Of a stretch of DNA of 43,628 nucleotides, positions 24,064 to 34,694 are shown piece by piece. Where the stretch lies: the NCBI GenBank assembly GCA_001600815.1, contig BCKZ01000005.1:805727-849354 (forward strand), given 5' to 3'. Both the position numbers and the translations under genes were made by a program. The notes beneath the pieces were generated by a model. That model searched no databases and had not been told where the DNA came from. It saw nothing but the letters and a program-made list of their open reading frames with translations. Source of the DNA: Alloascoidea hylecoeti (lineage: Eukaryota). The number at the start of each line of letters is the position of its first letter. Position 1 is the first letter of the stretch.

Positions 24064-25360
24064 GGATGGGATCAATGATTCATGATAATGATATTAAGTA
24101 GATTCCAGTGATATCATTTGTATTAATTTATCTTTGTTGGTGGTTTCAGATGTGCGGTTGCAACAGAACAATGTTGTGGTAACTGAGTACTATGCTCTCT
24201 ACGCTATATGCTAAAACGTAGATATCTCAAAATTACTTTGTGAGCAGAATGTATTAAAATAAGAAATATCGAGCTGAGAGTATTATCAAGTTGAGATTTG
24301 AGTTTGAATTTGAGTTAAATGATGAAAACAAAGATGAAGATGGGTCCTACAAAATGTAAACACTCAAACATTTATCTTAAAAAGTGTGACTTCTCGAGAG
24401 TCTTCTGACAGCGTCTTTTTAAAATTTGATATGTATATAAGAAAAATTGAGATGGGAGGATATAACTATCTGTAAAATTTATCAGAACGCTGAGATTGTG
24501 GCTGGAGATTTGTAAGGGCCGGGTATCTATCTCACGTGGATGAGAACATTCGCTTACAATTGGAAACAAATTAATATGATTTGATAAAAAGATCATTGGG
24601 ATTGAGTTGTGTTTTATTAATTCTAAGTTATTTTACTTCTTTTAATTATAAATTTATTAACTGTTTGATAATAGAACGAAATTTAATCGGCGGACTACAA
24701 TTCCTGCTCGTAAGTTCGGGGAAAATATAATGACTATAATTAGTTATAGTGAACAGTATACATGAGTCGTGGAGAACACGAAACAAATGGACTAATCTTA
24801 CAATAAAAATGGTACCATGTATTAACCATGTAACGCATAGATCATGAGCTTGAATACCGCTCGGAATATTGGAAAAGTATGCGGAGAATTGCGTGAATTA
24901 GTTAATAAACACAATAAATTTGATCTTCCAACATTATTATAAACTTCAAATGTGCTGATCTATTGAAATTGCAAGCTTAAGTGAAAACAGTGCTCAAAAC
25001 ACCGTTAACGTTTATTGTCAAGAAATTGATATCTAAAGGATCTCCGAGCCAATGACACTTTTTCGAAGCTACTATAGGACCGTACAAGGCATTTTGCAAG
25101 CGAGCGGCCACGGATTTAATTCATCGAGGAAAAAATAGAACATTATTGGCTAAACTGCAAAAGCAATGCATTATAATTAAATAATAATATAATCTTTCAA
25201 TTTTGCTCTTAAGCTTCATGTCCGTGCCTTATGCTTTTGGAGGAGGTTATTTTATTTAAATTTGAATTTATTTCAATATTTTTATCTGCTTTAGCTTTCT
25301 TTCTTTATTTTTCCCACGTTTTTCTAATTTTTTGCTTTACATTCCGTATATTTCAATAAA

Positions 25361-27397
25361 ATGCTATTTACAGACCTCCCAACCGAAATAATTCAAAGTA
25401 TCATCAACAATTTAAATATTCATGACTTTTCAAACTTATCAAGAACTTGTAGATCATTAAATTATTACTTTTCGGATGTTGAATTTGATTCTTCATTCAA
25501 GAACGTTATTCATAATCATGAATCAACAGTTTTCCAAAAATTATCACATTCAAAATCACCATCAACGATATCATCATGTTCAGATAATAATAATAATAAT
25601 AATAAAGCAGTTCTTGAATTGGAATCTTGGAAACAGGCGTCACAACGGTTTATCAGAATACATAAAAACCTTAATGAAACATCAAATATTTCAGATCCTT
25701 GTTTATACACAGAACCATTAGAAAATGAATGGTTTGAAGATGGTGAATACTGGAACAATAATTCACCTTTGATACTTCAGAAATCAATTCCAAATTCAAA
25801 GGTTGATTCGAAATGTAATCAATTTCAGTCACAAAAAACAAAGTTTGTCGATCAATTACCAATAAACACAGATAATAGAGTTATGCTTGATAGATATCAA
25901 AACAACCGATCACGATATAGTCATAATAATGATATTGACTCTAATAATGGTTCAACACTTCTAATTGATCTATATGAAGATGTAAATAATATGATAAAAA
26001 TGGATAACAATATAAATAATGGATCCATAACTACTGAATGTAAAATTTTAAAATCAGGTGAAAATGACATTTTAAACCTTATCCCATCGTCTGAAAAAAT
26101 TCAAAATATAACATCCGCTAATGTTTTACCATTAACAACGAATATAAATGGTAATAAAGAAAATGGATACATTAATGGAGATGGCTCGGGAGCAGGAGTA
26201 ATTGTTACATCAAATATTAATAGATATAATTATTTGCCAATAAATTCAAAATTGCATACATTACATTCAATAACTTCATTATTTGATAAATCGAAACATT
26301 GGTTATTTAATAATAATCCTATTATTTATGATGGGAATGAACATTATTCAATTATGAATGACGTTGTTTATATTTTAGGTGAAGATGTATCAAAAGACGC
26401 TTATATTTATGCTTTTAAAAAAACAGATATAAACCATAATAACACACATGAAAATGACTCAAAATTACTCTGGAAAACTAAATTTTCTACAAATGGTCAT
26501 AAAATTTGGTTTGATGATATTACATGTTCTGAAAATTTTGTATTGGTTACAATGTCTTGGATTCAAGTACAAGTTCCTACAACCGGTCTTAATGAAGATT
26601 CAAATATTAATACGGCTAATGTAGACATAAATGAAAATGAAGTTGCAATTGAATTTCAATCCGATATTGATAATGAATATACAAATGAACAACATAACAA
26701 CATAATCATGGTTCTTTCAAGAACAACTGGTAAAATAATAGGTTCTTATGAAAATGAAAATAATTTTATGGATTTTAAAATTATTGATTCTCATATTTAT
26801 TGTGATAAAAAAGATAGTAATTTTGATTTATGGAATAATAAATCTGTTAAATATGAATTATTAATGAAATCATTATCTAAATTTTTTAAAAATGATTTAG
26901 ATTTTAAAACTTATAATAATAGATTTTCAACTGATTTTTTCAGTTGTGATGATCACAATAATAATAACAATGAGATTTCAATCGATGGCATAAAGTTAAA
27001 AGATGTTAATAAAAACACTATTGATATTGACAATGATTGGAAAGTTGTCGTTTCTTTGAATCAAACCCCAGAAAAATGTATAAAGAATAATTTATTATCA
27101 CAAAATGGTCATTATCTTTCAATATTTCAAACAAATCTTGATTGGTCAATAACACCACAAACAACAGATTTAGATGGATTATTACCAGAACAGTTTCAAA
27201 TTGAAACAAAAGTACAACCAAAACCTGAATATTTATTTCTTTATAATATGGAAACAGGTGATAAACGTTATTATAAAATTAAAACAAGTTTATTATCAAA
27301 AAAGCAGTTTATTTTAATTGATGAGGATTTAAATGTTATAAGTTTAAGTGATAAATATATTGACTCTATATTCGAGGAATCTTTATCTAAACTATAG
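25361..27397 (+). CDS. F-box protein (678 aa)
   Basis: N-terminal F-box FTDLPTEIIQSIINNLNIHDFSNLSRTCRSLN. The Asn-rich remainder is possibly a beta-propeller. Confidence 0.85.
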   Translation: MLFTDLPTEIIQSIINNLNIHDFSNLSRTCRSLNYYFSDVEFDSSFKNVIHNHESTVFQKLSHSKSPSTISSCSDNNNNNNKAVLELESWKQASQRFIRIHKNLNETSNISDPCLYTEPLENEWFEDGEYWNNNSPLILQKSIPNSKVDSKCNQFQSQKTKFVDQLPINTDNRVMLDRYQNNRSRYSHNNDIDSNNGSTLLIDLYEDVNNMIKMDNNINNGSITTECKILKSGENDILNLIPSSEKIQNITSANVLPLTTNINGNKENGYINGDGSGAGVIVTSNINRYNYLPINSKLHTLHSITSLFDKSKHWLFNNNPIIYDGNEHYSIMNDVVYILGEDVSKDAYIYAFKKTDINHNNTHENDSKLLWKTKFSTNGHKIWFDDITCSENFVLVTMSWIQVQVPTTGLNEDSNINTANVDINENEVAIEFQSDIDNEYTNEQHNNIIMVLSRTTGKIIGSYENENNFMDFKIIDSHIYCDKKDSNFDLWNNKSVKYELLMKSLSKFFKNDLDFKTYNNRFSTDFFSCDDHNNNNNEISIDGIKLKDVNKNTIDIDNDWKVVVSLNQTPEKCIKNNLLSQNGHYLSIFQTNLDWSITPQTTDLDGLLPEQFQIETKVQPKPEYLFLYNMETGDKRYYKIKTSLLSKKQFILIDEDLNVISLSDKYIDSIFEESLSKL

Positions 27398-27457
27398 CTA
27401 GAGATATATACACCGTTTTATAGAGAAAGGAATGGAAATATTTGCAATTTATTTTGA

Positions 27458-28347
27458 TTATTTTCTAGTTCTGGGTTTTGAAACTCCTCCTCCTCTTCCT
27501 CCTCTATTCCCACCCCTATTTGATTTCATAGCATTTTGACGCATTCGTTGTTCAATATATTCAGTTCGTTTCTTCCGTTTTTCAATTAGTGCTTGTTCTT
27601 CCATCTCAGTCATTTCAATTAATTGTTGGGTATCAAATATTGGAGCCAGAAAAGTGTTTGATACTAAATATTAAGAGTTAATTAGAATATAATATAATAT
27701 AGGCCCAATATAAGAATATTAAACATACTATTACTTTCTTTTAAAACCTCGTTTATCCTTCTATCTCTATCTTTTTCCGTCTCTTCCTTATCATTATGAT
27801 TATTATTAGTATTGGCTGTTTGTTTACTTCTGCTAGGTTGTGATTGTGGGGTCTGTTTATCATCTTTGTAATTACTTGAGGCTGGTAGATCAACTTCGTG
27901 TAATCTTCCAAGCATTACTGATTTTGAAATTTCCTTTGATGAATTAAAAACTGATTTATAATCAAAAAATGTTGATTTATTTTCATTCTGAATACTTTGT
28001 GTGGGTGTTTCTAATGAAGATGAAACTTTATCTTTATTCTTTCGTTTGATAAGTTCAGATTCTATAAACGTCTCCCTATGCTATAATTAGTAATTATCAA
28101 GATCCAAAGGAAGAGAGAAGAGTAAAAATTAAAAAATTACACACAATTCTTTATCAGTTGCTTGTTTTTTCGCTTTGGTTGAGCCAGTGGCTATTGATTT
28201 TTTCGGGTGGGTAGAGACACAAAGACCCGTAGCTGGCCTCTTTCTCCGTATAGTGGATATATAATTGATAGCTGTGTCATCGTTGGTATCACTAGAGTCT
28301 TCATCCGGTGATCTTTGTCGCCTTTTTGAAGCATTCCGCTTGCTCAT
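27458..28347 (-). CDS. Tls1/C9orf78 (Hep_59 family) splicing-associated protein; exons 28347-28141, 28080-27729, 27663-27458 (254 aa)
   Basis: Introns GTAATT..TACTAAT..TAG and GTATGT..TAG join the ORF fragments. Motifs FIESELIKRK, MLGRLHEVDL and RDRRINEVLKES match fungal Hep_59 proteins as recalled. RGG-rich tail. Confidence 0.7.
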
Positions 28348-28601
28348 TGAAGGATTTCTTGGGTTGTTTATTAAAGTGATGTGGATCTATAATTGGTAGA
28401 GAACGTGACTTATAGTGTCAGCTGCAGCTTTTTAAACAGACATTGAGGTTAGGTACATAAATTAAATAATATTATTAATCACTATACAATAAAATAACTC
28501 TTCTGTACAATCTCGTGATACTCTTTTTGGAGGTTTATACATTTTTTCTAGATTCATCATCTCCGTATACCACCCCTTCAGTCTTGTAGCTATTTGAAAA
28601 G

Positions 28602-30162
28602 ATGCGTGAAATTGTCTCCATACAGTGTGGTCAAGCAGGTCCGTTTGTATATCTTTCCACTCGGTTTTAGAAAATGAAAACTAACCCCTTGTTCTATTTG
28701 TAGGGTATGCGCATTCCATTGTGTTCTAATCTATTAGCCACCTACTAACTCCTTTAAATTTTGAAGTAACCAAGTTGCAACCTCATTCTGGACTAATATT
28801 TTAAAAGAACATAGTATTAATCTAGATGGTACTATCTCCGAAGCTGCTGCAAATGATAAAGACAGAAATTCTCGTCTTGATGTCTTTTTCACCCAGATAG
28901 AGGCAGGTTTCAACTCCCCTACAAAATATGTACCACGTTCGATCGCTGTTGACTTGGAACCTGCTACTATTGATAACATTCGTAGTGGTCCCCTTGGAGG
29001 TCTGTTTAGGCCTGATAATATGTTACACGGAGACTCTGGTGCTGGAAATTCCTGGGCCAAAGGTTTCTATACCGAAGGCGCTGAAATTATGGAAAGCGTG
29101 ATGGATGTTGTTAGGAGAGAAGCTGAGAAGACAGATGCTTTACAAGGGTTTCAATTGACTCATAGTTTAGGTGGTGGTACTGGGTCTGGATTGGGTACTT
29201 TGCTTTTAAGTAGAATACGTGAGGAGTTCCCAGATCGAATGTTATCAACTTATTCTGTTTTACCAAGTGTTATTTCTGATACAATTACTGAGCCATATAA
29301 TGCCGTCTTGTCTGTCCATCAATTGGTTGAGAATGTTGATGCTACCTTCTGTATCGATAACGAAGCTTTAAACAAAATATGTTTAAACTCTTTAAAAATA
29401 CAACAGCCAAATTTTGAAGATTATAACAATTTGATTTCAAACGTAATGTCAGGAGTAACAACTTCTCTTAGATTCCCTGGTCAATTAAATGGTGATTTAA
29501 GAAAAATGGCTGTTAATTTAGTCCCATTTCCAAGATTACATTTCTTTGCTGTTGGCTTAGCTCCTCTAGTCTCTGAAAATTCACAAGCTTTTTATTCATT
29601 ATCAGTTCCTGAATTAACTGCTCAATTGTTTAGCGCAACAAGTTGTATGGCTGATATAAACCCATTTAACGGGAGATTTTTAACAATTTCAACAATGTTC
29701 CGTGGTACGAAATTATCAATGAAAGAAGTTGAAGATAGTATTTATCGTGCCCGGGATAAATATTCCCCATATTTTGTTGATTGGATCCCAAACAATATGC
29801 AAACAACTGTTTGTAATGTCCCACCCATTGGGGCAGCCACATCTGCAACTTTTGTTGCAAACACTACTGCAATTCAAGATGTCTTCCAAAGAGTTGGAGG
29901 TCAATTTACTGCGATGTTTAGAAGACGTGCATTTTTACAATGGTATACAAATGAAGGAATGGATGAATTGGAATTTCAAGAGGCTGAAAGTAATTTAAGA
30001 GACCTTGTTGCTGAATATGAGCAATATCAAGTTGCTACTGCTGAAGATGATTACGATTATGATCAGGAAGAACATGATGAACCATTACCTGAACACGAAG
30101 GAGAGTATGGTAGTCAAGCTCAAGACGGGTCTCATGTTGATAGTGCAATTTCAAAAGCTTAA
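28602..30162 (+). CDS. TUB2: Divergent beta-tubulin; exons 28602-28638, 28704 (1 nt), 28767-30162 (477 aa)
   Basis: [66 protein letters not shown] and [14 protein letters not shown] are beta-type motifs. Confidence 0.95.
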
Positions 30163-30376
30163 TAGTAATATAAATATCTATATGGAAAAAGTATAGATTG
30201 AAAAATTAAAAATAGAAATAAATCTAACTACATGTAATTAGATGTAAAAGATTTTTAAGCTTAACATATAATTAATTTTTATATACAACTATCATTATAA
30301 TATTCTAATAGGAATTTTAATCTCGTTTTTATTAAGTTACATCTGATTAATTATAAAAAGCAATTGTAATATTGTA

Positions 30377-30722
30377 AAGTATAGTATCCCATTTAATTTG
30401 ACCATCATAACTTTGAACGAAGTTCTGGGCGACCTCTCATTTTACTATGCATAAGTATAAATTTTATCTTAACCACTCAGTTCTAATATAACTTCTTCTT
30501 TTACATAAATAAAAATAAACCCGTACACACAAAATTTCCTAATTCGGACATATTTACAACCACACAACTTAATTTAGACCATGTGGTGCACTAATGTTCG
30601 GCCACGCACAAAACGATTCATCCTGATGTTAATTTAAAATTTACTATGCATGCATAGTACTGTTCAAAACATATCTATAAAATGTTCATTATAGTCAAAT
30701 TAAATGAAGTATCAATATACTT
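30377..30722. mobile_element. MITE-like element with degenerate terminal inverted repeats of about 95 bp
   Basis: Collinear inverted blocks: CATTTAATTTGAC 30390-30402 / 30694-30706, TTTGAAC 30412-30418 / 30662-30668, TACTATGCAT 30443-30452 / 30650-30659, TAAATTTTA 30458-30466 / 30635-30643. Ends are AAGTATA / TATACTT. Confidence 0.6.
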
Positions 30723-30798
30723 ATTTATAGAGTTATAGTTATAAAAGTCAACATAATCTCATATTTATATCATTGTTAATTCTCTGTTAATATCATAA

Positions 30799-33700
30799 TC
30801 ATGATTTGACAATTCTGCAAACCAGATCATTTCCATCAACAGAATCACCTTCCTTAACCATTAGTTCACTAACAACACCGCTAACTGGAGCACTAATAAC
30901 CATTTCCATCTTCATTGCACTCAAAACAATGACGGGGTCACCCTTCTTAACATCACTACCATTATGAACTCTAACCTCAACAACAACACCAGCCATTGGT
31001 GCACCAATTTCATTTGGATTATGGGCATCAGCTTTTGGTCTTGTGATTGTTTCAACTGCTGCATGTTTATCATCTACAATAACTTTTCTCATTTCACCAT
31101 TCAATTCAAAATAAACTTCACGTTGTCCAGTTTGTTGAGATAATGCAGAAACAGCAGATAATTTAATAATTAATGTTTTACCTTTTTCAATTTCAATCCA
31201 CATCTCTTCATCGACTTCAGGTGGTGCTAAAAAGTATCGTGTTGGAATAACACTCAAATCACCATATGTTTCAATGAATGATTTATATTCTTCAAATACC
31301 TTTGGATACATATTATATGAAGCAACATCAGTATCATTAATATGTGTAAATCTACTTGTAAGATCTTTTTTAATCGCGGCAAGATCAAATGGAGCTAATG
31401 ATTTCCCTGGTCTTTCATATAATGCCTCTCTTTTATTCCTTAAAATATCTGTTCTTAATGGTTCAGGGAATCCTCCATATGGCTGTCCCATCATACCTTG
31501 GAAAAAATCGAGAACAGAAGCGGGGAAGTCTAAATTCGATGCTCTTTGACGAACCTCTTTTGCATCCAATTGATTTGACACCATAAACTGAGCTAAATCA
31601 CCAACCACTTTCGAAGTTGGTGTAACCTTCACAATATCTCCCAATAATTGATTAGCCTCAATATATGCTTTTTTAGTTTCTGCCCATTTTTCTCCCAAAC
31701 CAACTTGTTGTGCTTGAAATAATAAATTAGTTAATTGACCACCTGGAATTTCATGATCATAAACTTCTGGATCAGGGCCTTTCAAATCAGCTTCAAAGCA
31801 TGAGTATAATAATCTCATTTGTGCCCAATATGAATCAATTGCTTTAATTTGATTAGAATCTAAACCAGTTTCAATCTCCCCTTCTAATGTTGCAATTAAT
31901 GCACTGATTGATGGTTGGGAAGTCATTCCTGATAAACTATTTGATGCAGCATCAACAACATCAGCACCTGCTTTGGCACAAGCTGCCATTGAAGCAACAC
32001 CAGTACCAGCTGAATCATGTGTGTGAACGTGAATAGGTAAATTAGGATACTTCTTACGAATACTGCCAATTAATAATGTTGCAGCTCTTGGTTTTAAAGT
32101 TCCAGCCATATCTTTAATACCCAAAATATGAGTACCCATTGCAACAATTTTACCAACAGTTTCCAAGTAATAATCTAAAGTATATTTCTTGTGTTTTAAC
32201 ATATCACCTGAATAACAAACAGTAGCTTCAACAACACCACCGGCTTTTTTAACAGCATCAACACCTACTTTTAATTGTTCCAAATCATTAAGGGCATCAA
32301 ATACTCTAAAGATATCAACACCATTAATTTTTGCTTGATAAACAAAATGATCAATGGCATTATCTGGTAATGAAGAATAAGCAACTCCGTTAGCACCACG
32401 TAATAACATTTGAAATGGAATATTTGGAACAAGCTTTCGTAATTTTCGTAATCTTGACCATGGATCTTCATGTAGAAATCTTAAAGCCACATCAAATGTT
32501 GCACCACCCCAACATTCTAAGGCAAAAGCATTATTTAGGGCATGAGATGTTTGTGGAGCAATTTCAAGTAAATCTGCTGTTCTTACTCTTGTTGCTAATA
32601 AAGATTGATGTGCATCTCTCCACGTTGTATCCATAATAAGTGTTCCTTTATACTCACGTACAGCCTTTGAGAATGCTTCAGGACCTTGACTAACAAGAAT
32701 ATTTCTCCATCCAGTAGCAGAAGGTTCAGAAACATCAATTTCGGAACCAGTTAAGTTATCTGTAATTGTTGGTAAAATAGCCTCTGTTTTTAACTTAGGT
32801 AAACCAACTTGACCTTTGATTGATGATCCATTGACAACTAAATCAGCTAAATATAATAATAGTTTTGAAGCTCTATTTTGTGAAGTTAACATTTCAAATA
32901 ATTTTGGAGTATCATCAATAAATGTTGTCCAACAATTACCTCTTATAAAGGTTTCATTAGTTAATAAAGCCAATAAAAATGGGATATTTGTTTTAACACC
33001 ACGGATTCTGAATTCAATTAATGCCCTTATCATCTTTCTTCTTGCAATTTCATATGTTGCACCGGAACATGTGCATTTAACCAACATTGAATCATAATGT
33101 GGAGATATAACAGCACCTGCAAAATTATTACCACCGTCTAATCTGATTCCATTACCACCAGATGATCTATACACTTCAATTTTACCAGTATCTGGCTGGA
33201 AATTTTTTGTTGGATCCTCAGTTGTTATACGACATTGAATTGCATAACCTCTAAGATTAATTCTTTCTTGTGTAAGACCTAATTGTGGTAATGAAGCACC
33301 AGCAGCAATTTGAATTTGAGCAGCAACCAAATCAACACCAGTAATTTCTTCGGTGATCGTATGTTCAACTTGAATTCTTGGATTAATTTCAATAAAATAG
33401 TGACGATTTTGTTCATCAACTAAAAATTCAGCTGTTCCTGCATTACGGTAATTAACACTTTTCGCAAGTTTAACGGCATCTTCTAAGATAGCAGCTTGAA
33501 CATGAACTGGTAATTTTCCAGCAGGTGCTAATTCAACGACTTTCTGATGACGTCTTTGAACTGAACAATCTCTTTCATATAAATGAATACAATTCCCTTG
33601 ACCATCTGCTAACAATTGAACCTCAATATGCTTTGGTTTGTCTAAAAACCTCTCAATGAAAACAGTACCGTTTCCAAAGGCAGTTTTTGCTTCGGATGTA

Positions 33701-34323
33701 GCTCTATTAAAAGCGTCTTGAATATCATCACCTTCACGAACAACTCTCATACCTCTACCACCACCACCAAAAGCAGCTTTGATAATAACTGGATATCCAT
33801 ATTCTTTTACGAACTTATGGGCATCCTCAATTTTTTCAATAGGACCTGGTGTTCCGGGAACGACAGGAACATCATTTGCAATAGCAATTCTTCTGGCAGA
33901 TACCTTATCACCGACGGAATCAATAACATGTGCAGGTGGGCCAACCCATGAAATCCCAGCTTTTTCTACCTTTTCAGCAAATTCAGAATTTTCAGATAAA
34001 AATCCATACCCTGGATGTATCATATCAACTCCATGTTGCTTGGCAATTTTAATAATCTCATCAATTTGTAAATAGGCTTGAACGGGAGTAAATTGATTCT
34101 TTTTCCCAATAACATATGCCTCATCAGCCTTTAGTCTATGCATTGAAAGTCTATCTTCATGTGAGTATATGGCAACTGTATGAAGAGACAATTCATGGGA
34201 AGACCTGAAGATTCTAATTGCTATCTCACCTCTGTTGGCCACTAGGACCTTTGTCATGGGGCCAAGAATGGCTGAATCCGAACGGATGTGTCCAAAGGAG
34301 GGAACACCTGGAGTAGAAGTCAT
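30799..34323 (-). CDS. PYC1: Pyruvate carboxylase
   Basis: Biotin carboxylase (VANRGEIA, ERDCSVQRRHQK), carboxyltransferase (RDAHQSLLATR) and biotinyl domain (AMKM). Confidence 0.98.
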   Translation of the reverse strand: MTSTPGVPSFGHIRSDSAILGPMTKVLVANRGEIAIRIFRSSHELSLHTVAIYSHEDRLSMHRLKADEAYVIGKKNQFTPVQAYLQIDEIIKIAKQHGVDMIHPGYGFLSENSEFAEKVEKAGISWVGPPAHVIDSVGDKVSARRIAIANDVPVVPGTPGPIEKIEDAHKFVKEYGYPVIIKAAFGGGGRGMRVVREGDDIQDAFNRATSEAKTAFGNGTVFIERFLDKPKHIEVQLLADGQGNCIHLYERDCSVQRRHQKVVELAPAGKLPVHVQAAILEDAVKLAKSVNYRNAGTAEFLVDEQNRHYFIEINPRIQVEHTITEEITGVDLVAAQIQIAAGASLPQLGLTQERINLRGYAIQCRITTEDPTKNFQPDTGKIEVYRSSGGNGIRLDGGNNFAGAVISPHYDSMLVKCTCSGATYEIARRKMIRALIEFRIRGVKTNIPFLLALLTNETFIRGNCWTTFIDDTPKLFEMLTSQNRASKLLLYLADLVVNGSSIKGQVGLPKLKTEAILPTITDNLTGSEIDVSEPSATGWRNILVSQGPEAFSKAVREYKGTLIMDTTWRDAHQSLLATRVRTADLLEIAPQTSHALNNAFALECWGGATFDVALRFLHEDPWSRLRKLRKLVPNIPFQMLLRGANGVAYSSLPDNAIDHFVYQAKINGVDIFRVFDALNDLEQLKVGVDAVKKAGGVVEATVCYSGDMLKHKKYTLDYYLETVGKIVAMGTHILGIKDMAGTLKPRAATLLIGSIRKKYPNLPIHVHTHDSAGTGVASMAACAKAGADVVDAASNSLSGMTSQPSISALIATLEGEIETGLDSNQIKAIDSYWAQMRLLYSCFEADLKGPDPEVYDHEIPGGQLTNLLFQAQQVGLGEKWAETKKAYIEANQLLGDIVKVTPTSKVVGDLAQFMVSNQLDAKEVRQRASNLDFPASVLDFFQGMMGQPYGGFPEPLRTDILRNKREALYERPGKSLAPFDLAAIKKDLTSRFTHINDTDVASYNMYPKVFEEYKSFIETYGDLSVIPTRYFLAPPEVDEEMWIEIEKGKTLIIKLSAVSALSQQTGQREVYFELNGEMRKVIVDDKHAAVETITRPKADAHNPNEIGAPMAGVVVEVRVHNGSDVKKGDPVIVLSAMKMEMVISAPVSGVVSELMVKEGDSVDGNDLVCRIVKS

Positions 34324-34676
34324 TTAATAAGAAAATTGTTTTTCGATTATTTATTTTTGAGAATAACCTGATAATTTAATAAATAAAAAATTGAATGTAT
34401 AAATGAATATAAATATTTGAATAAGTGCAGACAGTTAAAAAATGTGGCGGAGGAAGAGAAAGATATAATCTTATCCAGACAAAAAGAAAGAAGCAAATTA
34501 TAAGTTTAAAGTCTGTGCAGTCGCAGTCGGCCGATTAGGCCATTTCATTTATTATGCTTGCGTATCTGTATTTCAGCCAATCATAGATGATTAAGTAAAC
34601 CCTGCGTCAGAGCTTGGATGTGCAAATGAATAATTTATTCTGTTATGCTCTTCTGGGGTATATTATAATATGATGG

Positions 34677-34694
34677 ATGACTCATATGACTCAC
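34677..34694. promoter_or_regulatory. Tandem Gcn4/AP-1 sites upstream of pyruvate carboxylase
   Basis: ATGACTCAT-ATGACTCAC about 355-370 bp upstream of the ATG. A CCAAT box (near 34577) and a CTGGGG Mig1-like site (34653) are nearby. Confidence 0.6.

Noticed and set aside
28639..28766. A single long intron in beta-tubulin
   Set aside because: GT..AG splicing from 28639 to 28766 frameshifts the gene. The in-frame alternative needs a non-AG (GAA) acceptor and ignores two complete sets of splice signals.
28602..30162. Gamma-tubulin assignment
   Set aside because: Only the N-terminal loop is gamma-like; all diagnostic core and C-terminal motifs are beta-type.
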